Source: an uncultured Gammaproteobacteria bacterium
Lineage (GTDB): Bacteria > Patescibacteriota > Microgenomatia > Daviesbacterales > UBA10151
DNA length: 64,000 nt
Direction of reading: 5' to 3'
Assembly: GCA_964394855.1 (NCBI GenBank)
Contig: CAYMZD010000004.1
Coordinates: 8,316 to 72,315, forward strand
Part shown: positions 1 through 10,062 of the stretch, in pieces
How positions within the stretch are numbered: the first letter of the stretch is position 1
Layout: the number at the start of each line of letters is the position of its first letter
Made by a program: the position numbers and the translations under genes
The notes under the pieces: generated by a model
Seen by the model: only the letters and a program-made list of their open reading frames with translations
Told to the model about the DNA's origin: nothing
Database searches by the model: none

Positions 1-1
1 T

Positions 2-1174
2 TTGACTATTGCTTCAGCTCAAATAAGCGAGAGTCAAGATTATGTACCTGGTCAGGTATTGGTAAAATTTAAAGATAATACTCCGGGAAATGCCATAGCA
101 GCAGAACTAAAAAGGCACAATGCTAAAGTATTAGATAAAATTATTGACTTAAACGTTCTTGTTTTAGGCGTGCCAGAGTCCCAAGAAGGAAGGGTGATTG
201 CTGCGCTTTCTAAAAACCCCAATGTGGAATATGCAGAAGTCAATGGTTTAGCCTTTGCCCTGCTTATCCCCAATGATACCTATTTTGCTTCTAATCAATG
301 GGGACTGGAAAACACTGGTCAAGTAATCAAAGGTACAACCGGGGTAGTTGATGCCGATATTGATGGGCCAACCGCTTGGGATACAACTCAAGGTGGAGTG
401 CCAGTAGCAATTCTGGACACAGGAATTGACCAAGATCACGAAGATTTATCTTCCAAAATCGTTTTGCAGAAAAATTTTACTGACTCATTGACAATTGATG
501 ATTTATATGGACATGGCACTCATGTTGGAGGGATAGTGGCCGCTATCACTAACAACAATACAGGAGTGGCCGGGGGCTGTCCTAATTGCCAATTGATGAA
601 TGGTAAAGTGTTAAATGACAGCGGGTCAGGGGCTTATTCTTGGATTGCCAATGGTGTGACTTGGGCAGCTAACAACAATGCCAAGGTGATCAACCTTTCC
701 CTGGGCGGATCTTTTAAATCGCAAACACTGGAAAATGCCGTCAACTATGCCTGGAATAAAGGCTCTATAGTTGTTGCTGCTGCTGGAAATTGTGGCTGTC
801 AGGCAAAAATTTATCCGGCAGCTTACCAAAATGCCATTGCTGTGGCAGCCACTAATAATAAGGACCAAAAGGCTTCATTCTCAAGCTATGGTGCTAAATG
901 GGTTGATGTGGCAGCTCCTGGTCAGGATATCTTCTCAACCTTCCCCAACCACCCATACAAAATTAACAAAAGTCTTAATTATGATTTTGGTTCGGGAACT
1001 TCCATGGCCACGCCTTTTGCCTCAGCTGTAGCGGCCCTTATTTGGTCAACACCCTATGGAACTTCTGCCTCTTCGGTTCGGACCAGGCTGGAGTTAACAG
1101 CTGATAAAATTCCAGGCACAGGTAATTACTGGTCTTCCGGTCGTATTAATGCTGCCAATGCGGTTGCCCCATAA
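2..1174 (+). CDS. S8 subtilisin/thermitase-like serine peptidase (5' truncated by window edge)
   Basis: Catalytic motifs ILDTG, HGTHVGG, GTSMA; N-terminal propeptide-like region. Confidence 0.93.
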   Translation: MTIASAQISESQDYVPGQVLVKFKDNTPGNAIAAELKRHNAKVLDKIIDLNVLVLGVPESQEGRVIAALSKNPNVEYAEVNGLAFALLIPNDTYFASNQWGLENTGQVIKGTTGVVDADIDGPTAWDTTQGGVPVAILDTGIDQDHEDLSSKIVLQKNFTDSLTIDDLYGHGTHVGGIVAAITNNNTGVAGGCPNCQLMNGKVLNDSGSGAYSWIANGVTWAANNNAKVINLSLGGSFKSQTLENAVNYAWNKGSIVVAAAGNCGCQAKIYPAAYQNAIAVAATNNKDQKASFSSYGAKWVDVAAPGQDIFSTFPNHPYKINKSLNYDFGSGTSMATPFASAVAALIWSTPYGTSASSVRTRLELTADKIPGTGNYWSSGRINAANAVAP

Positions 1175-1245
1175 AAAGTATTTCAATCCATTGATTAATT
1201 TAGCCCATTTTGTTATACTAGCAACTGTTCTGCTTGGCTGATATT

Positions 1246-1446
1246 ATGCAAAATCTGATTCCAAACCCCTGTATCAAATGTGGAAAAGAAAGAATTCTCT
1301 CTAAAACCTGGAAAGAATATGTGGGAGTTAGTAAAAATCTTTTAATTCACACTTTGACAGTTTGCCCGGATACTGCCTGTCAGAAATTAGTTGATGAAGA
1401 TAATCTAGCCAGGATCAATAGAAAATTTCTTTTAAAAAGACACTAG
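1246..1446 (+). CDS. small Cys-containing (zinc-ribbon-like) hypothetical protein
   Basis: CIKCG and CPDTAC pairs; ATG at 1246. Confidence 0.6.
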   Translation: MQNLIPNPCIKCGKERILSKTWKEYVGVSKNLLIHTLTVCPDTACQKLVDEDNLARINRKFLLKRH

Positions 1447-1452
1447 TTAAAT

Positions 1453-2154
1453 ATGCCCCTCCACATCTTTCATGATCAAGAAAAACCCAGAATTGGTAAT
1501 TCTTTAAGAGATATCATCCTGGGAGGACAAGATGGGTTGGTTAATGTTTTGGGGGTGGTACTGGGGGTTTCTGCCGTCACTGCGGATAAATCAATTATTA
1601 TTGCCACAGGTTTAGCAGCCACTTTTGCTGAATCTATTTCCATGGGGGCTGTCGCTTATACCTCATTTTTAACAGAGAAAAACAGATACCAAAAAGAGCT
1701 TAAAAATGAGCAGGAGGAGATTAGAAACATTCCCGCAAAAGAAAAAGAGGAGATTCGCCAAATCTATGCCGCCAAAGGATTTTCCGGCCAACTTTTGGAC
1801 GAAATTGTTAATACCATCTGTTCCAATAAAAAAGTGTGGGTAAATGTCATGATGAATGAGGAACTGCATTTGGCAAAAGTTTCTACCAGCACTGTTTTAA
1901 AAACAGCAGTGGTGGTGGGGGTGGCAGCATTTTTGGGTTCCTTAATTCCTTTGTGGCCCTTTATTGTTTTTAGTCATCAGATCGCCTTTATTTTGGCTTT
2001 GGTGATCAGTGCCCTGGCTTTATTTGCGGTTGGTTCATATCAAGCAGTCACTTTGGTGGGGGATTGGAAAAAATCAGGTTTACAAATGGTCATCATTGGT
2101 CTGGGTGCCGCTTTAATAGGCTTTTCAGTAGCCAGATTATTTAATACAACTTAA
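1453..2154 (+). CDS. VIT1/CCC1 family iron/manganese transporter
   Basis: RDIILGGQDGLV, AESISMG, MMNEEL motifs; hydrophobic helices. Confidence 0.9.
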   Translation: MPLHIFHDQEKPRIGNSLRDIILGGQDGLVNVLGVVLGVSAVTADKSIIIATGLAATFAESISMGAVAYTSFLTEKNRYQKELKNEQEEIRNIPAKEKEEIRQIYAAKGFSGQLLDEIVNTICSNKKVWVNVMMNEELHLAKVSTSTVLKTAVVVGVAAFLGSLIPLWPFIVFSHQIAFILALVISALALFAVGSYQAVTLVGDWKKSGLQMVIIGLGAALIGFSVARLFNTT

Positions 2155-2174
2155 AAAGCAAGGGGGTGAAGTTA

Positions 2175-2366
2175 ATGTATAAAAAAATTGAAAGCTATTT
2201 TGCCAAACACGTTTATTTTAATTCCACAGTGCATGTACTAGTGGGTATGGGAGCGGGGTTTTTGCTTTATAATGTACTGGCAGCTCCTCATCCAGTGCGT
2301 TGGGGAGTGTTATTTTTAAGCCTGGGGATATTAGGCCATTTATACCCGCTGATGATAAAAAAATAG
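2175..2366 (+). CDS. small two-helix membrane protein
   Basis: SD GGGGGTGA then ATG 2175; two hydrophobic segments. Confidence 0.65.
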   Translation: MYKKIESYFAKHVYFNSTVHVLVGMGAGFLLYNVLAAPHPVRWGVLFLSLGILGHLYPLMIKK

Positions 2367-2378
2367 CTGTTTGTGTCT

Positions 2379-3983
2379 TTAAAATGAGCAATATTGAGGG
2401 ATGTTTTTTTGTAGCGATAAACACTTTTCCCTGGGGTTGGTGGAATAGGCCTTTAGCACCACCTCTCCTGTCAAATCTTTAATTTCAAACAGCAAAGTTA
2501 GTTTATGCTCCAATGCTTGTTTGCCAGAAACAGCAAGCTGGTCTCCCACTAAAATTAAGTCTTGGTAGATATCCTCCTCCCAGTTGATCGGTCTTGTTTC
2601 AATGTTGGCAAATTTATAATAACGGTCAAACTCCACCGCCTGGTAATATTGGTCAATAATTTTTGAGCCATATTCCTCTTGAAATTTAACTGGGTCATAC
2701 TTGGTATAAAAAACTAATAAGGCATGAGGAGGGCTACCTCTGCCTGTTTCAATAATAAACTGGCGTTGGGGAAACTGTTTGGTTTTTTCAGCCAGTTCTT
2801 TATAGGCAAAATCCCAATCTTTAGCCCGCTCGTATTTTAAAAGGACAAAATATGAGGAATAAAGCTGGTATACGGAAATGACAATTAAAAAAACTGCCAA
2901 CAGGATTTTGACTAATGGGAGGCGAAGCTTTTGTAAAATATCATCCAGTCCCAGCCCCACAATCACAGCAAGGCCCCACAAAGAGGGTAAGGTGCGGAAG
3001 CTGGAAAAGGGGTCTTTGGTTAGGGCTGCTAAAATTGGGCTGATGAATATTAAAAAAAGCAAGCTTTGGAACTTTTTATCTAATCGCTTTGGAACAAGAG
3101 TCAACAGCCCCCAAAAGAGGGGAATAATCATCCAAGGGTAAAATGTACTTAAATTGGGGATGGAACGTTGTCTGTCCGGATCTGGATCAAAAAATAAATT
3201 CCGGGGAGAAAAATAAGCTGTATATTGAGAAAAAAACTCCCGCACCAAATTTCCCTTTTCCAGATAGCTTTGGCCACTGAAGCGAATGGTGGCTGCTGGT
3301 GAGGTTAAAAGAATTAGCTGGGGAAGTAGCATTAAAGCAAAGATTAAAAAAGACAGAAAAAGGATTTTGGGCTGCTTTAAAAAGGTGTTTTTAAAAATAA
3401 TAAGGAAACCGATTAAAAAAAGAGTGGCCACCACTCTCTCGGCGCTGTAGCCATAAGTTGATAAGGCCAAGAAAAAGACAGCCAGAGTGATAAACCAAGT
3501 CTTTGTCAGTGATTTTAATAAAAAATAAAAGCCGATCAGTAAAAGTACCAGCCCTAAATTTGGTTCATCTACACCTCGGCTTAAAAATATGGCCCAAGGA
3601 GAAATTGCCACCACCAAAGAGGCTAAGGCGGCTTTGGCAAAGTTTTTAGGCCAAATTTCCAAAACAATTAAAAAAGTGAAAAAAGTCACTAAAACGCCGG
3701 CAAATGCCGATAAAAAGCGGATGGTAAAAATAGACAACCCCCAAAATTTAACCAGGGGTGCACTTAAATGGGCATAAAGTGGTGCTCCATAGGTGCCCAG
3801 TCCCCGTAAAAATACAGGAAAGCGCATGCCGTATTCGTCTTTGCCTGTTTGGGCAATAGAATAGGCATTGTACCCTTGGACTGCCTCATCCACATAAAAG
3901 CCCGGCGGTATTTCCTCAAGCTGATAAAAACGCCAAAAAATGGCCAGGATGATGATAAAAACCACTGTTAATGTTTTAACCAC
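2379..3983 (-). CDS. GT-C membrane glycosyltransferase (family 39/ArnT/PMT-like)
   Basis: Multi-TM; PPGFYVDE loop motif after first helix. Confidence 0.8.
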   Translation of the reverse strand: MVKTLTVVFIIILAIFWRFYQLEEIPPGFYVDEAVQGYNAYSIAQTGKDEYGMRFPVFLRGLGTYGAPLYAHLSAPLVKFWGLSIFTIRFLSAFAGVLVTFFTFLIVLEIWPKNFAKAALASLVVAISPWAIFLSRGVDEPNLGLVLLLIGFYFLLKSLTKTWFITLAVFFLALSTYGYSAERVVATLFLIGFLIIFKNTFLKQPKILFLSFLIFALMLLPQLILLTSPAATIRFSGQSYLEKGNLVREFFSQYTAYFSPRNLFFDPDPDRQRSIPNLSTFYPWMIIPLFWGLLTLVPKRLDKKFQSLLFLIFISPILAALTKDPFSSFRTLPSLWGLAVIVGLGLDDILQKLRLPLVKILLAVFLIVISVYQLYSSYFVLLKYERAKDWDFAYKELAEKTKQFPQRQFIIETGRGSPPHALLVFYTKYDPVKFQEEYGSKIIDQYYQAVEFDRYYKFANIETRPINWEEDIYQDLILVGDQLAVSGKQALEHKLTLLFEIKDLTGEVVLKAYSTNPREKCLSLQKNIPQYCSF

Positions 3984-4474
3984 TTGATTGCTCCTAACAT
4001 GCCCCAGACTATAGTTAACACCATAAATGGATAAAGTAGAATAGGTCCTTGGGTTCTACTCCCTAACAGGGAGCTTAATACCAGAACCAATCCATATATT
4101 AAAAGTAGTTTTGGTTTTTGTTTAAAAATGAAATAAAGACCCAACAAAAAAAATGGTAAAAATACGGCAGGGAATTTTTCAGATTCATTGAAATCTCTTC
4201 TCTCTCTGGGATGACTGGCAAAAAAATACAAATTTATATCAAGATTTTGGAAAAAATTTTGCTCTAATTTTTGCCAAGAAAATATTAATTTATTTTGAAA
4301 AACTTGCCCCCAACCATTTGGATAATAGCTTCTTCTTTGGTTAATAAGAAAAACTTCTTCTGCATCTTGTTGCCAGATAGCGTGGTCTCCTTCCAGCTTG
4401 GTGTTGGTGAGAACTTGATAGGTCCAAGGGCTTAACAAAATAACTAGTGATAAAATAATGGGTAAAAGAAACAC
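3968..4474 (-). CDS. membrane protein resembling part of a GT-C enzyme
   Basis: Hydrophobic ORF overlapping the GT-C gene; LDINLYFF and FLPFFLLG segments. Confidence 0.55.
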   Translation of the reverse strand: MFLLPIILSLVILLSPWTYQVLTNTKLEGDHAIWQQDAEEVFLINQRRSYYPNGWGQVFQNKLIFSWQKLEQNFFQNLDINLYFFASHPRERRDFNESEKFPAVFLPFFLLGLYFIFKQKPKLLLIYGLVLVLSSLLGSRTQGPILLYPFMVLTIVWGMLGAIKWLKH

Positions 4475-4487
4475 CTAACCATTTAAG

Positions 4488-4925
4488 TTATTGGACAACG
4501 ACTACTCCGGTTGAAGAAGGATTTAGGTGGTCATGGTATTTATAAGTGCCGGCTACTGGAAAGATGAGTAATTTTTGGTTTCCTGGCTGGATAGTACCTA
4601 AGTTAAGAGGTGGATAGATCAGATGGGTTGGGTGCACGGCTGAATTAACAGCATGAGCGCTACTATCCGAGTTCATCCAATTCACAGACTCACCCTTTTT
4701 AATAGTGATACTAGAGGGGTTAAAACCAGTAGAACTAATAGTGACCACATTTTGCGCAGCCGTAGCAGAGGTAGTGGCAGGAGACGGACTGGGGGAAGGA
4801 GAGCTGGTATAGGTTGATGAAGGTTGAGAAGGGTTATATCCACCCTGTGATTTAAAAAGCATATATCCACCCACGAGAAGTATTACCACCACCGCCAAAA
4901 TGATAATTAGGTTGTTGCGAGACAT
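4488..4925 (-). CDS. membrane-anchored cupredoxin/plastocyanin-like protein
   Basis: ATG 4925 (MSRNN); TM, S/P/T linker, FNPSSITIKKGESVNW, GTYKYHDH. Confidence 0.75.
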   Translation of the reverse strand: MSRNNLIIILAVVVILLVGGYMLFKSQGGYNPSQPSSTYTSSPSPSPSPATTSATAAQNVVTISSTGFNPSSITIKKGESVNWMNSDSSAHAVNSAVHPTHLIYPPLNLGTIQPGNQKLLIFPVAGTYKYHDHLNPSSTGVVVVQ

Positions 4926-4979
4926 AGATATTATGACTATACTTTTAAAGTAAGATCTTGTCAAGGGGGTGATCAAAAT

Positions 4980-5165
4980 ATGTGCTTTAACTGTGGGTGT
5001 GGAATGACGGATGATGATATGGGTAATCCGGATAACATTACCAATAAAACCATTGAAAAAGCTGCCAAAGCCTCCGGCCAAAGCAAAAAGCAAACCTTAA
5101 AAAATATTATTGAGTCTGCCCAAAAAGAGCTGCAAAAAGTGATTAAACAGGCAGGGAAAAGCTAA
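4980..5165 (+). CDS. small CxxCGC protein
   Basis: SD GGGGGTGA upstream; MCFNCGCG...DDMGNPDNIT. Confidence 0.7.
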   Translation: MCFNCGCGMTDDDMGNPDNITNKTIEKAAKASGQSKKQTLKNIIESAQKELQKVIKQAGKS

Positions 5166-6312
5166 AAGTTGAACCTTTGCCAAGCTCGGACTCAACCCAA
5201 ATTTTGCCATGGTGCATCTCCACCAGGGATTTAGTGATATAAAGGCCTAAACCCGTACCTTTGGTGCCGCCTTCCAAAGATCCTGAAACTCGGAAAAATT
5301 TACTAAAAAGTTCAGGTACGGCTTCTGGGGGAATGCCATGGCCGGTGTCTTGAACATGAGTGATCACATCCATCCCTTTTACTTCCACCCCCACCTTAAT
5401 CTTTCCTCCGGGTTCAGTATATTTGATGGCATTAGACAGCAAGTTGGCCAAAACTTCATTGATCCTGACTTTATCAACTTTCAGCCTGGGAATGGTTTGT
5501 GAAGGGGTGTCAAATATGAGTTCCACCCCTTTTTGCTTAGCTTGATCTTCAAAAAGCTTGATAGCTTCATTTACCAGCATTGGCCAATCCACAGCTTCCA
5601 AAGTAACATTTAAAACTCCTCTTTCGATGCGGGAGACTGAAAGCAAATTTTCCACCAATGTATTAAGTTGTTCGGTAGCAGCATTAGCATTTTGCAAAAG
5701 TTGTGTCTGATCAGCCGTTAAGCGATCTTTATTTTCTTCCAAGAAAACTGATAAATAACCCTTCATGGAGGTGAGGGGAGTGCGAAGTTCGTGGGCAGCC
5801 ATGGAGACAAAGTCAAACTTCATCCGTTCCAGCTTGACCTCTTGACTAACATCATGTAAGGTGAGGATACAACTTAAACTTTCGCCTACTGGTAGTTGAC
5901 TGGATATTAAATCAACTTGGGCTTCTTTCTTACCCACAATTTTTAAATCTTCTTTGGTAAAAATTACTCCTGCAAAACCTGGTCTGATTGGGCAATAGTT
6001 TAAAAATGTCAATTCAGTTTCTTTATCATAGAGTTTGATTATTTGATCAAATGGTTTCCCCCAAGCCTCAAGGGAGCCGAAGCCAGTGATGTTTTCCGCA
6101 GCTTTATTAAAAAGTGTGATGGTACGGTCTGCCCGAACCACAATGATGCCATCGGTGGTACCAGATAGGGCAACTAATAAATTGCTTTGCTGTGTGAGTA
6201 TTTGTTGCTTTTCCTGTTCGCTTTTTTGCCAAGATAAGCGCAGACTATCCAGCTCGGTATCCAGATCACTGTTTCGGGAAGAAAATAAATTTTTTAACCA
6301 CTGGGGCAGCAT
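5143..6312 (-). CDS. PAS-domain sensor histidine kinase
   Basis: FNKAAE PAS motif, HELRTPL H-box, NLLSNAIKY, DTGHGI, GTGLGL. Confidence 0.93.
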   Translation of the reverse strand: MLPQWLKNLFSSRNSDLDTELDSLRLSWQKSEQEKQQILTQQSNLLVALSGTTDGIIVVRADRTITLFNKAAENITGFGSLEAWGKPFDQIIKLYDKETELTFLNYCPIRPGFAGVIFTKEDLKIVGKKEAQVDLISSQLPVGESLSCILTLHDVSQEVKLERMKFDFVSMAAHELRTPLTSMKGYLSVFLEENKDRLTADQTQLLQNANAATEQLNTLVENLLSVSRIERGVLNVTLEAVDWPMLVNEAIKLFEDQAKQKGVELIFDTPSQTIPRLKVDKVRINEVLANLLSNAIKYTEPGGKIKVGVEVKGMDVITHVQDTGHGIPPEAVPELFSKFFRVSGSLEGGTKGTGLGLYITKSLVEMHHGKIWVESELGKGSTFSFSLPV

Positions 6313-6333
6313 AAGTTCATTCTAACATGAACT

Positions 6334-7038
6334 TTACTTCATGGGCCAATCATAGCCTGGGAAAAAGTCTCGTTTAAGGCGTTCATCCAAAACTTGCAGG
6401 TCTGACAGAATCTTTTCCAAGCTTTGCACCATTGGTTCAGGACCGGAAACATAGAAATAATAGTTAAGCGAGATGATTTTAGTATCAAGCATTTTTTGTA
6501 ATTTCTCTTGATCCAACTGGTTACTTTCTCCTATAAAATATTGGATTTTAAAATTGGGGTAGTTAGGAAGCAAACTCTCCAGTTCATCTTTGAATACAAT
6601 GTTTTCATCTCGGTTGGCATATAACAGAGTAATATTAATGGGTTGATTTTTATGAGCTAGATCCAAAAGAATAGACCTAAAAGGGGTAATACCAATTCCA
6701 CCAGAAATAAAAACATAAGTTTGGTTAGGATCATTTATAACAAAGCTGCCTTTGGGACCCTCGGCCTCTAAAGTTTGTCCTACCTCCAGAGCAAAAAGTG
6801 CTTTTTTAAAAGAACTGCCCGTATCTTTGGTAAAGCGGGTGGTTAACATCACCTTTTGCTCATATGGAGCGCTGGCAATGGTAAAATAACGTTTTACTCC
6901 CCGCTCATCAGGGTTAGGATGCTCTAGGGTATACTCTAAAAACTGCCCGGCTTGCCAAGAAATTGGTTGTGCCGGCTGAAAAACAAAAGAAATTACTCCA
7001 GGCACTTCTTCTTTTTTGCTTTGCAAAGTTAGTTGCAT
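6334..7038 (-). CDS. FAD/NAD(P)-binding oxidoreductase (ferredoxin-NADP reductase family)
   Basis: RYFTIAS, GGIGITPF, YVSGP motifs. Confidence 0.88.
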   Translation of the reverse strand: MQLTLQSKKEEVPGVISFVFQPAQPISWQAGQFLEYTLEHPNPDERGVKRYFTIASAPYEQKVMLTTRFTKDTGSSFKKALFALEVGQTLEAEGPKGSFVINDPNQTYVFISGGIGITPFRSILLDLAHKNQPINITLLYANRDENIVFKDELESLLPNYPNFKIQYFIGESNQLDQEKLQKMLDTKIISLNYYFYVSGPEPMVQSLEKILSDLQVLDERLKRDFFPGYDWPMK

Positions 7039-7073
7039 GATTTTATTCCATTATAAATGTTACAATAAGTTTT

Positions 7074-7727
7074 GTGAAGATTCGGCTGTCCTTATTTTTT
7101 TTATCTTTTTTTGTCTTTTTTGTCTTTACTTTATTTTCCTATTCTGTGGCCAAAGAAGCTTGGCAACAAATTGATTTTGACTCAACAGTTAAAATTCAGG
7201 ATAAAATTCCAAGATATTGGGACGGCTACTTTTCTTATTTTTCTTTTATAGGCAGTGCAGAAGTAACCATAGGAATAGCTTTAATATTAGCTATATTAAG
7301 TATAATCAGATTAAAATTTTGGTCTTTTGTGGGCTGGCTTTTGATTTTTCCCGCTTCTTTTTTTGAAGTATTTGGCAAGTTGGTAGTTTTCCATCCGGGG
7401 CCGCCCGTGTTATTTCACAGAAACATCCTGGAAACAACGCTACCCAGTTTTTATATTCATACTAATTTTTCCTACCCTTCAGGCCATATGACCAGAACTG
7501 TTTTTTTAATCACCGTATTATTGATATTGGCCTTGACTTGGAGGAGCCTTTTCATCAAGTGGGTGGTAATTTTGGCCTTAGTCTTTTTAGGCCTGATGAT
7601 GACTTTAACCAGAGTTTATTTGGGAGAACACTGGTTATCTGATGTTTTGGGGGGAGGACTTTTGGGGTTGACGGCTGGTCTTTTTGCCTCGGGACTCATC
7701 CTTGCAAAGAAAAAAAGTTTGAGGTAA
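7074..7727 (+). CDS. PAP2 family phosphatase
   Basis: YPSGH and TRVYLGEHWLSDV motifs. Confidence 0.88.
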   Translation: MKIRLSLFFLSFFVFFVFTLFSYSVAKEAWQQIDFDSTVKIQDKIPRYWDGYFSYFSFIGSAEVTIGIALILAILSIIRLKFWSFVGWLLIFPASFFEVFGKLVVFHPGPPVLFHRNILETTLPSFYIHTNFSYPSGHMTRTVFLITVLLILALTWRSLFIKWVVILALVFLGLMMTLTRVYLGEHWLSDVLGGGLLGLTAGLFASGLILAKKKSLR

Positions 7728-7760
7728 CATAAAGGTGCTGCCTTAAGGGGGTGAGTATTC

Positions 7761-7994
7761 TTGTCAAGAAATGTGACCATTGTGGTGATTATTTTGATTT
7801 TGGTGGTGATTGCAGGATACCTGGTTTGGCTTCGTGGGCGTTATCAGCAGCAGATCAGCCCACAGGTGCAAACTGAAACAACATCTTCACCAACTCCGTA
7901 TTTGACTCCTTCCCCTTCTGCCACTGTGTCAGCGACCCCTTCTGCCATACCAAAAGGGACAAAAACTGGAACAGGTAGTTCTGGGGTAAGATAA
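7761..7994 (+). CDS. small single-TM protein with S/T/P-rich tail
   Basis: SD GGGGGTGA, TTG start, N-terminal TM. Confidence 0.65.
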   Translation: MSRNVTIVVIILILVVIAGYLVWLRGRYQQQISPQVQTETTSSPTPYLTPSPSATVSATPSAIPKGTKTGTGSSGVR

Positions 7995-8011
7995 TTACTT
8001 AATTTGATTCT

Positions 8012-8941
8012 ATGAGAAAGTCTGGGGTTGAAAAATTAATTATTGTTGGTTCTGGGCCGGCTGGGCTAACAGCAGCTATTTATGCAGCCAGAGGGAATTT
8101 AAATCCAGTGGTTATTACTGGAAGGGAAGCTGGCGGGCAATTAATGTTAACTACAGATGTGGATGATTTTCCCGGATTTGAAAGTGGCATCCAGGGACCG
8201 GAATTGATGGCTAAAATGCGCAAACAAGCTAAAAGGTTTAGCGTCAGATTTATAGATGAAGATGTTGTATCTGTAAATTTAAAAACTCAGCCTTTTGTGA
8301 TTAAAACTGAAAGCATGATTCTTAATTCTAACAGCTTGATTCTCGCTACAGGGGCTTCAGCTATGTGGTTGGGACTTTCTTCAGAGAAGCGCCTAATCGG
8401 TCATGGAGTATCAGCCTGTGCTATCTGTGATGCTCCTTTTTTCCAAGATAAAAAGGTAATTGTGGTGGGAGGAGGGGATACCGCTATGAGGGAAGCCAAT
8501 CACTTATCCAAGTTTTGTCAGTCAGTGGCTGTTGTTCATCGCCGCGGGGAACTGCGGGCCCAAGCTGCGCTGCAGCAGTTAGTTAAATCCAAAAAGAATG
8601 TAAATTTTATCTGGAATACGGTTGTGGAAGAAGTGTTGGGACAGGAAAAAGTGACAGGAGTGAGGTTAAAAAATACTCAAGATGGGAGGATGGAAGAATT
8701 AGCAGTTGATGGAGTGTTTGTGGCCATTGGACATCGGCCCAACACCGACTTTTTAAAAGGGCAACTGCCATTGGATGAAAAAGGATATGTGGTGGTAGAA
8801 AACGAAACCCATACTAAAGTGCCTGGTGTCTTTGTGGCCGGGGATGTGGCAGATTATCATTACCGCCAAGCAGCCACAGCCGCTGGCATGGGTTGTAAAG
8901 CATCCTTTGACGTTGAAGAATATTTGGAAAATTTAAAATAG
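8012..8941 (+). CDS. trxB: thioredoxin-disulfide reductase
   Basis: GSGPAG, CAIC redox pair, GGGDTA, AGDV. Confidence 0.95.
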   Translation: MRKSGVEKLIIVGSGPAGLTAAIYAARGNLNPVVITGREAGGQLMLTTDVDDFPGFESGIQGPELMAKMRKQAKRFSVRFIDEDVVSVNLKTQPFVIKTESMILNSNSLILATGASAMWLGLSSEKRLIGHGVSACAICDAPFFQDKKVIVVGGGDTAMREANHLSKFCQSVAVVHRRGELRAQAALQQLVKSKKNVNFIWNTVVEEVLGQEKVTGVRLKNTQDGRMEELAVDGVFVAIGHRPNTDFLKGQLPLDEKGYVVVENETHTKVPGVFVAGDVADYHYRQAATAAGMGCKASFDVEEYLENLK

Positions 8942-8958
8942 ATGATATAATTGGCTCT

Positions 8959-9405
8959 ATGAAGTCATTATTATCTCAATTCATCAAATTGCTTCCCTCA
9001 AAACCAGTTTTTGCCCATTGTGATATTCCCTGCGGGATTTATGATCCCAAGCCGGCCCAGCTGGCTGCTCAAACAGTTTTAAAAATGGTTAATTTGATGA
9101 GTGAACTGCAACCCACCACTAGTGAACCGCCGTTTGAGGAAAGAAAGAAGATCATTTCTCAAATTTCCAGATTAACCAGAGTCAAGGAAGATCATGCTGA
9201 AGCGTGCAAAAGAGAAGTGTTAATTTTGTGGACAGATTATTTTAAAAGTGAGCATTTGGAAAAATTCCCGGATTTACATGATTTGATTTGGAAAACCTGT
9301 AAACTTTGTTCTGATAATAAAAGAGCCGTGGATGAGGCTAAAGCCCAAGAATTAGTTGAGGCTGTAGATAAAATAGCAGAGGTTTTTAATCAAACTAAAA
9401 AGTGA
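8959..9405 (+). CDS. sodN: nickel superoxide dismutase
   Basis: Ni-hook HCDIPCGIYDP after a propeptide; ILWTDYFK. Confidence 0.95.
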   Translation: MKSLLSQFIKLLPSKPVFAHCDIPCGIYDPKPAQLAAQTVLKMVNLMSELQPTTSEPPFEERKKIISQISRLTRVKEDHAEACKREVLILWTDYFKSEHLEKFPDLHDLIWKTCKLCSDNKRAVDEAKAQELVEAVDKIAEVFNQTKK

Positions 9406-9698
9406 AATTTCCCATTTCCAAATATAAAGTTTATGGCAGCTCCATGAACCCTACTTTAAAAGAGGGTCAGGAGGTTATAACTTTTAACTGGGGTAAACCA
9501 AAAGTGGGTGATATGGTGGTGATAAAAAAGGATGGCATAGAAATGGTTAAGCGCATACAAATGTCCTCCGACCCGCTGCGCGAGGCGAGTCGTGGTACAT
9601 TTGTACAAGGAGATAACAAGAAAGAAAGCACAGATTCCAGGCATTTTGGGCCGGTGGATAAATCTCAAATTGTGGGTAAGGTAGTTAAGTGGTATTAA
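9402..9698 (+). CDS. sodX: NiSOD maturation protease (S26 family)
   Basis: GSSMNPTL, VKRI, GDN..STDSRHFG; coupled to sodN. Confidence 0.88.
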   Translation: MKFPISKYKVYGSSMNPTLKEGQEVITFNWGKPKVGDMVVIKKDGIEMVKRIQMSSDPLREASRGTFVQGDNKKESTDSRHFGPVDKSQIVGKVVKWY

Positions 9699-9740
9699 AC
9701 TTAAGTTGTGGTGGAGAGTAATTTCTTCTATACTGATGTT

Positions 9741-10058
9741 ATGGAAACTGCTGCCCAACAGGATAGACAAACAGCCCAAGTAATTGCCAGAAACTTAAAT
9801 AAATTGGGTGTAGGAGTCAGCGCAGAAGATATCACTCCCCAGACCGCTGCCACAGCGATACCCAGAACTAAAGAACTGGAGGAGGCTGGAGCAGAGATTT
9901 CCGGAGAAGATATCACCCACTTGGTGGGTGAAACAGTGGGGGAGATGACTACAGGAGCCAGTAAAGTAAGGGTGGCCCGCTCAAGCAGTTTTTGGGCTAA
10001 ACTTAAAGAAAGAGTTTTAAGAAAGAAAAAACCGGACGAGGAAGTTCTCATTAAATAA
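9741..10058 (+). CDS. hypothetical protein
   Basis: ORF with ATG 9741 directly upstream of the ATPase gene. Confidence 0.55.
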   Translation: METAAQQDRQTAQVIARNLNKLGVGVSAEDITPQTAATAIPRTKELEEAGAEISGEDITHLVGETVGEMTTGASKVRVARSSSFWAKLKERVLRKKKPDEEVLIK

Positions 10059-10062
10059 ATTT

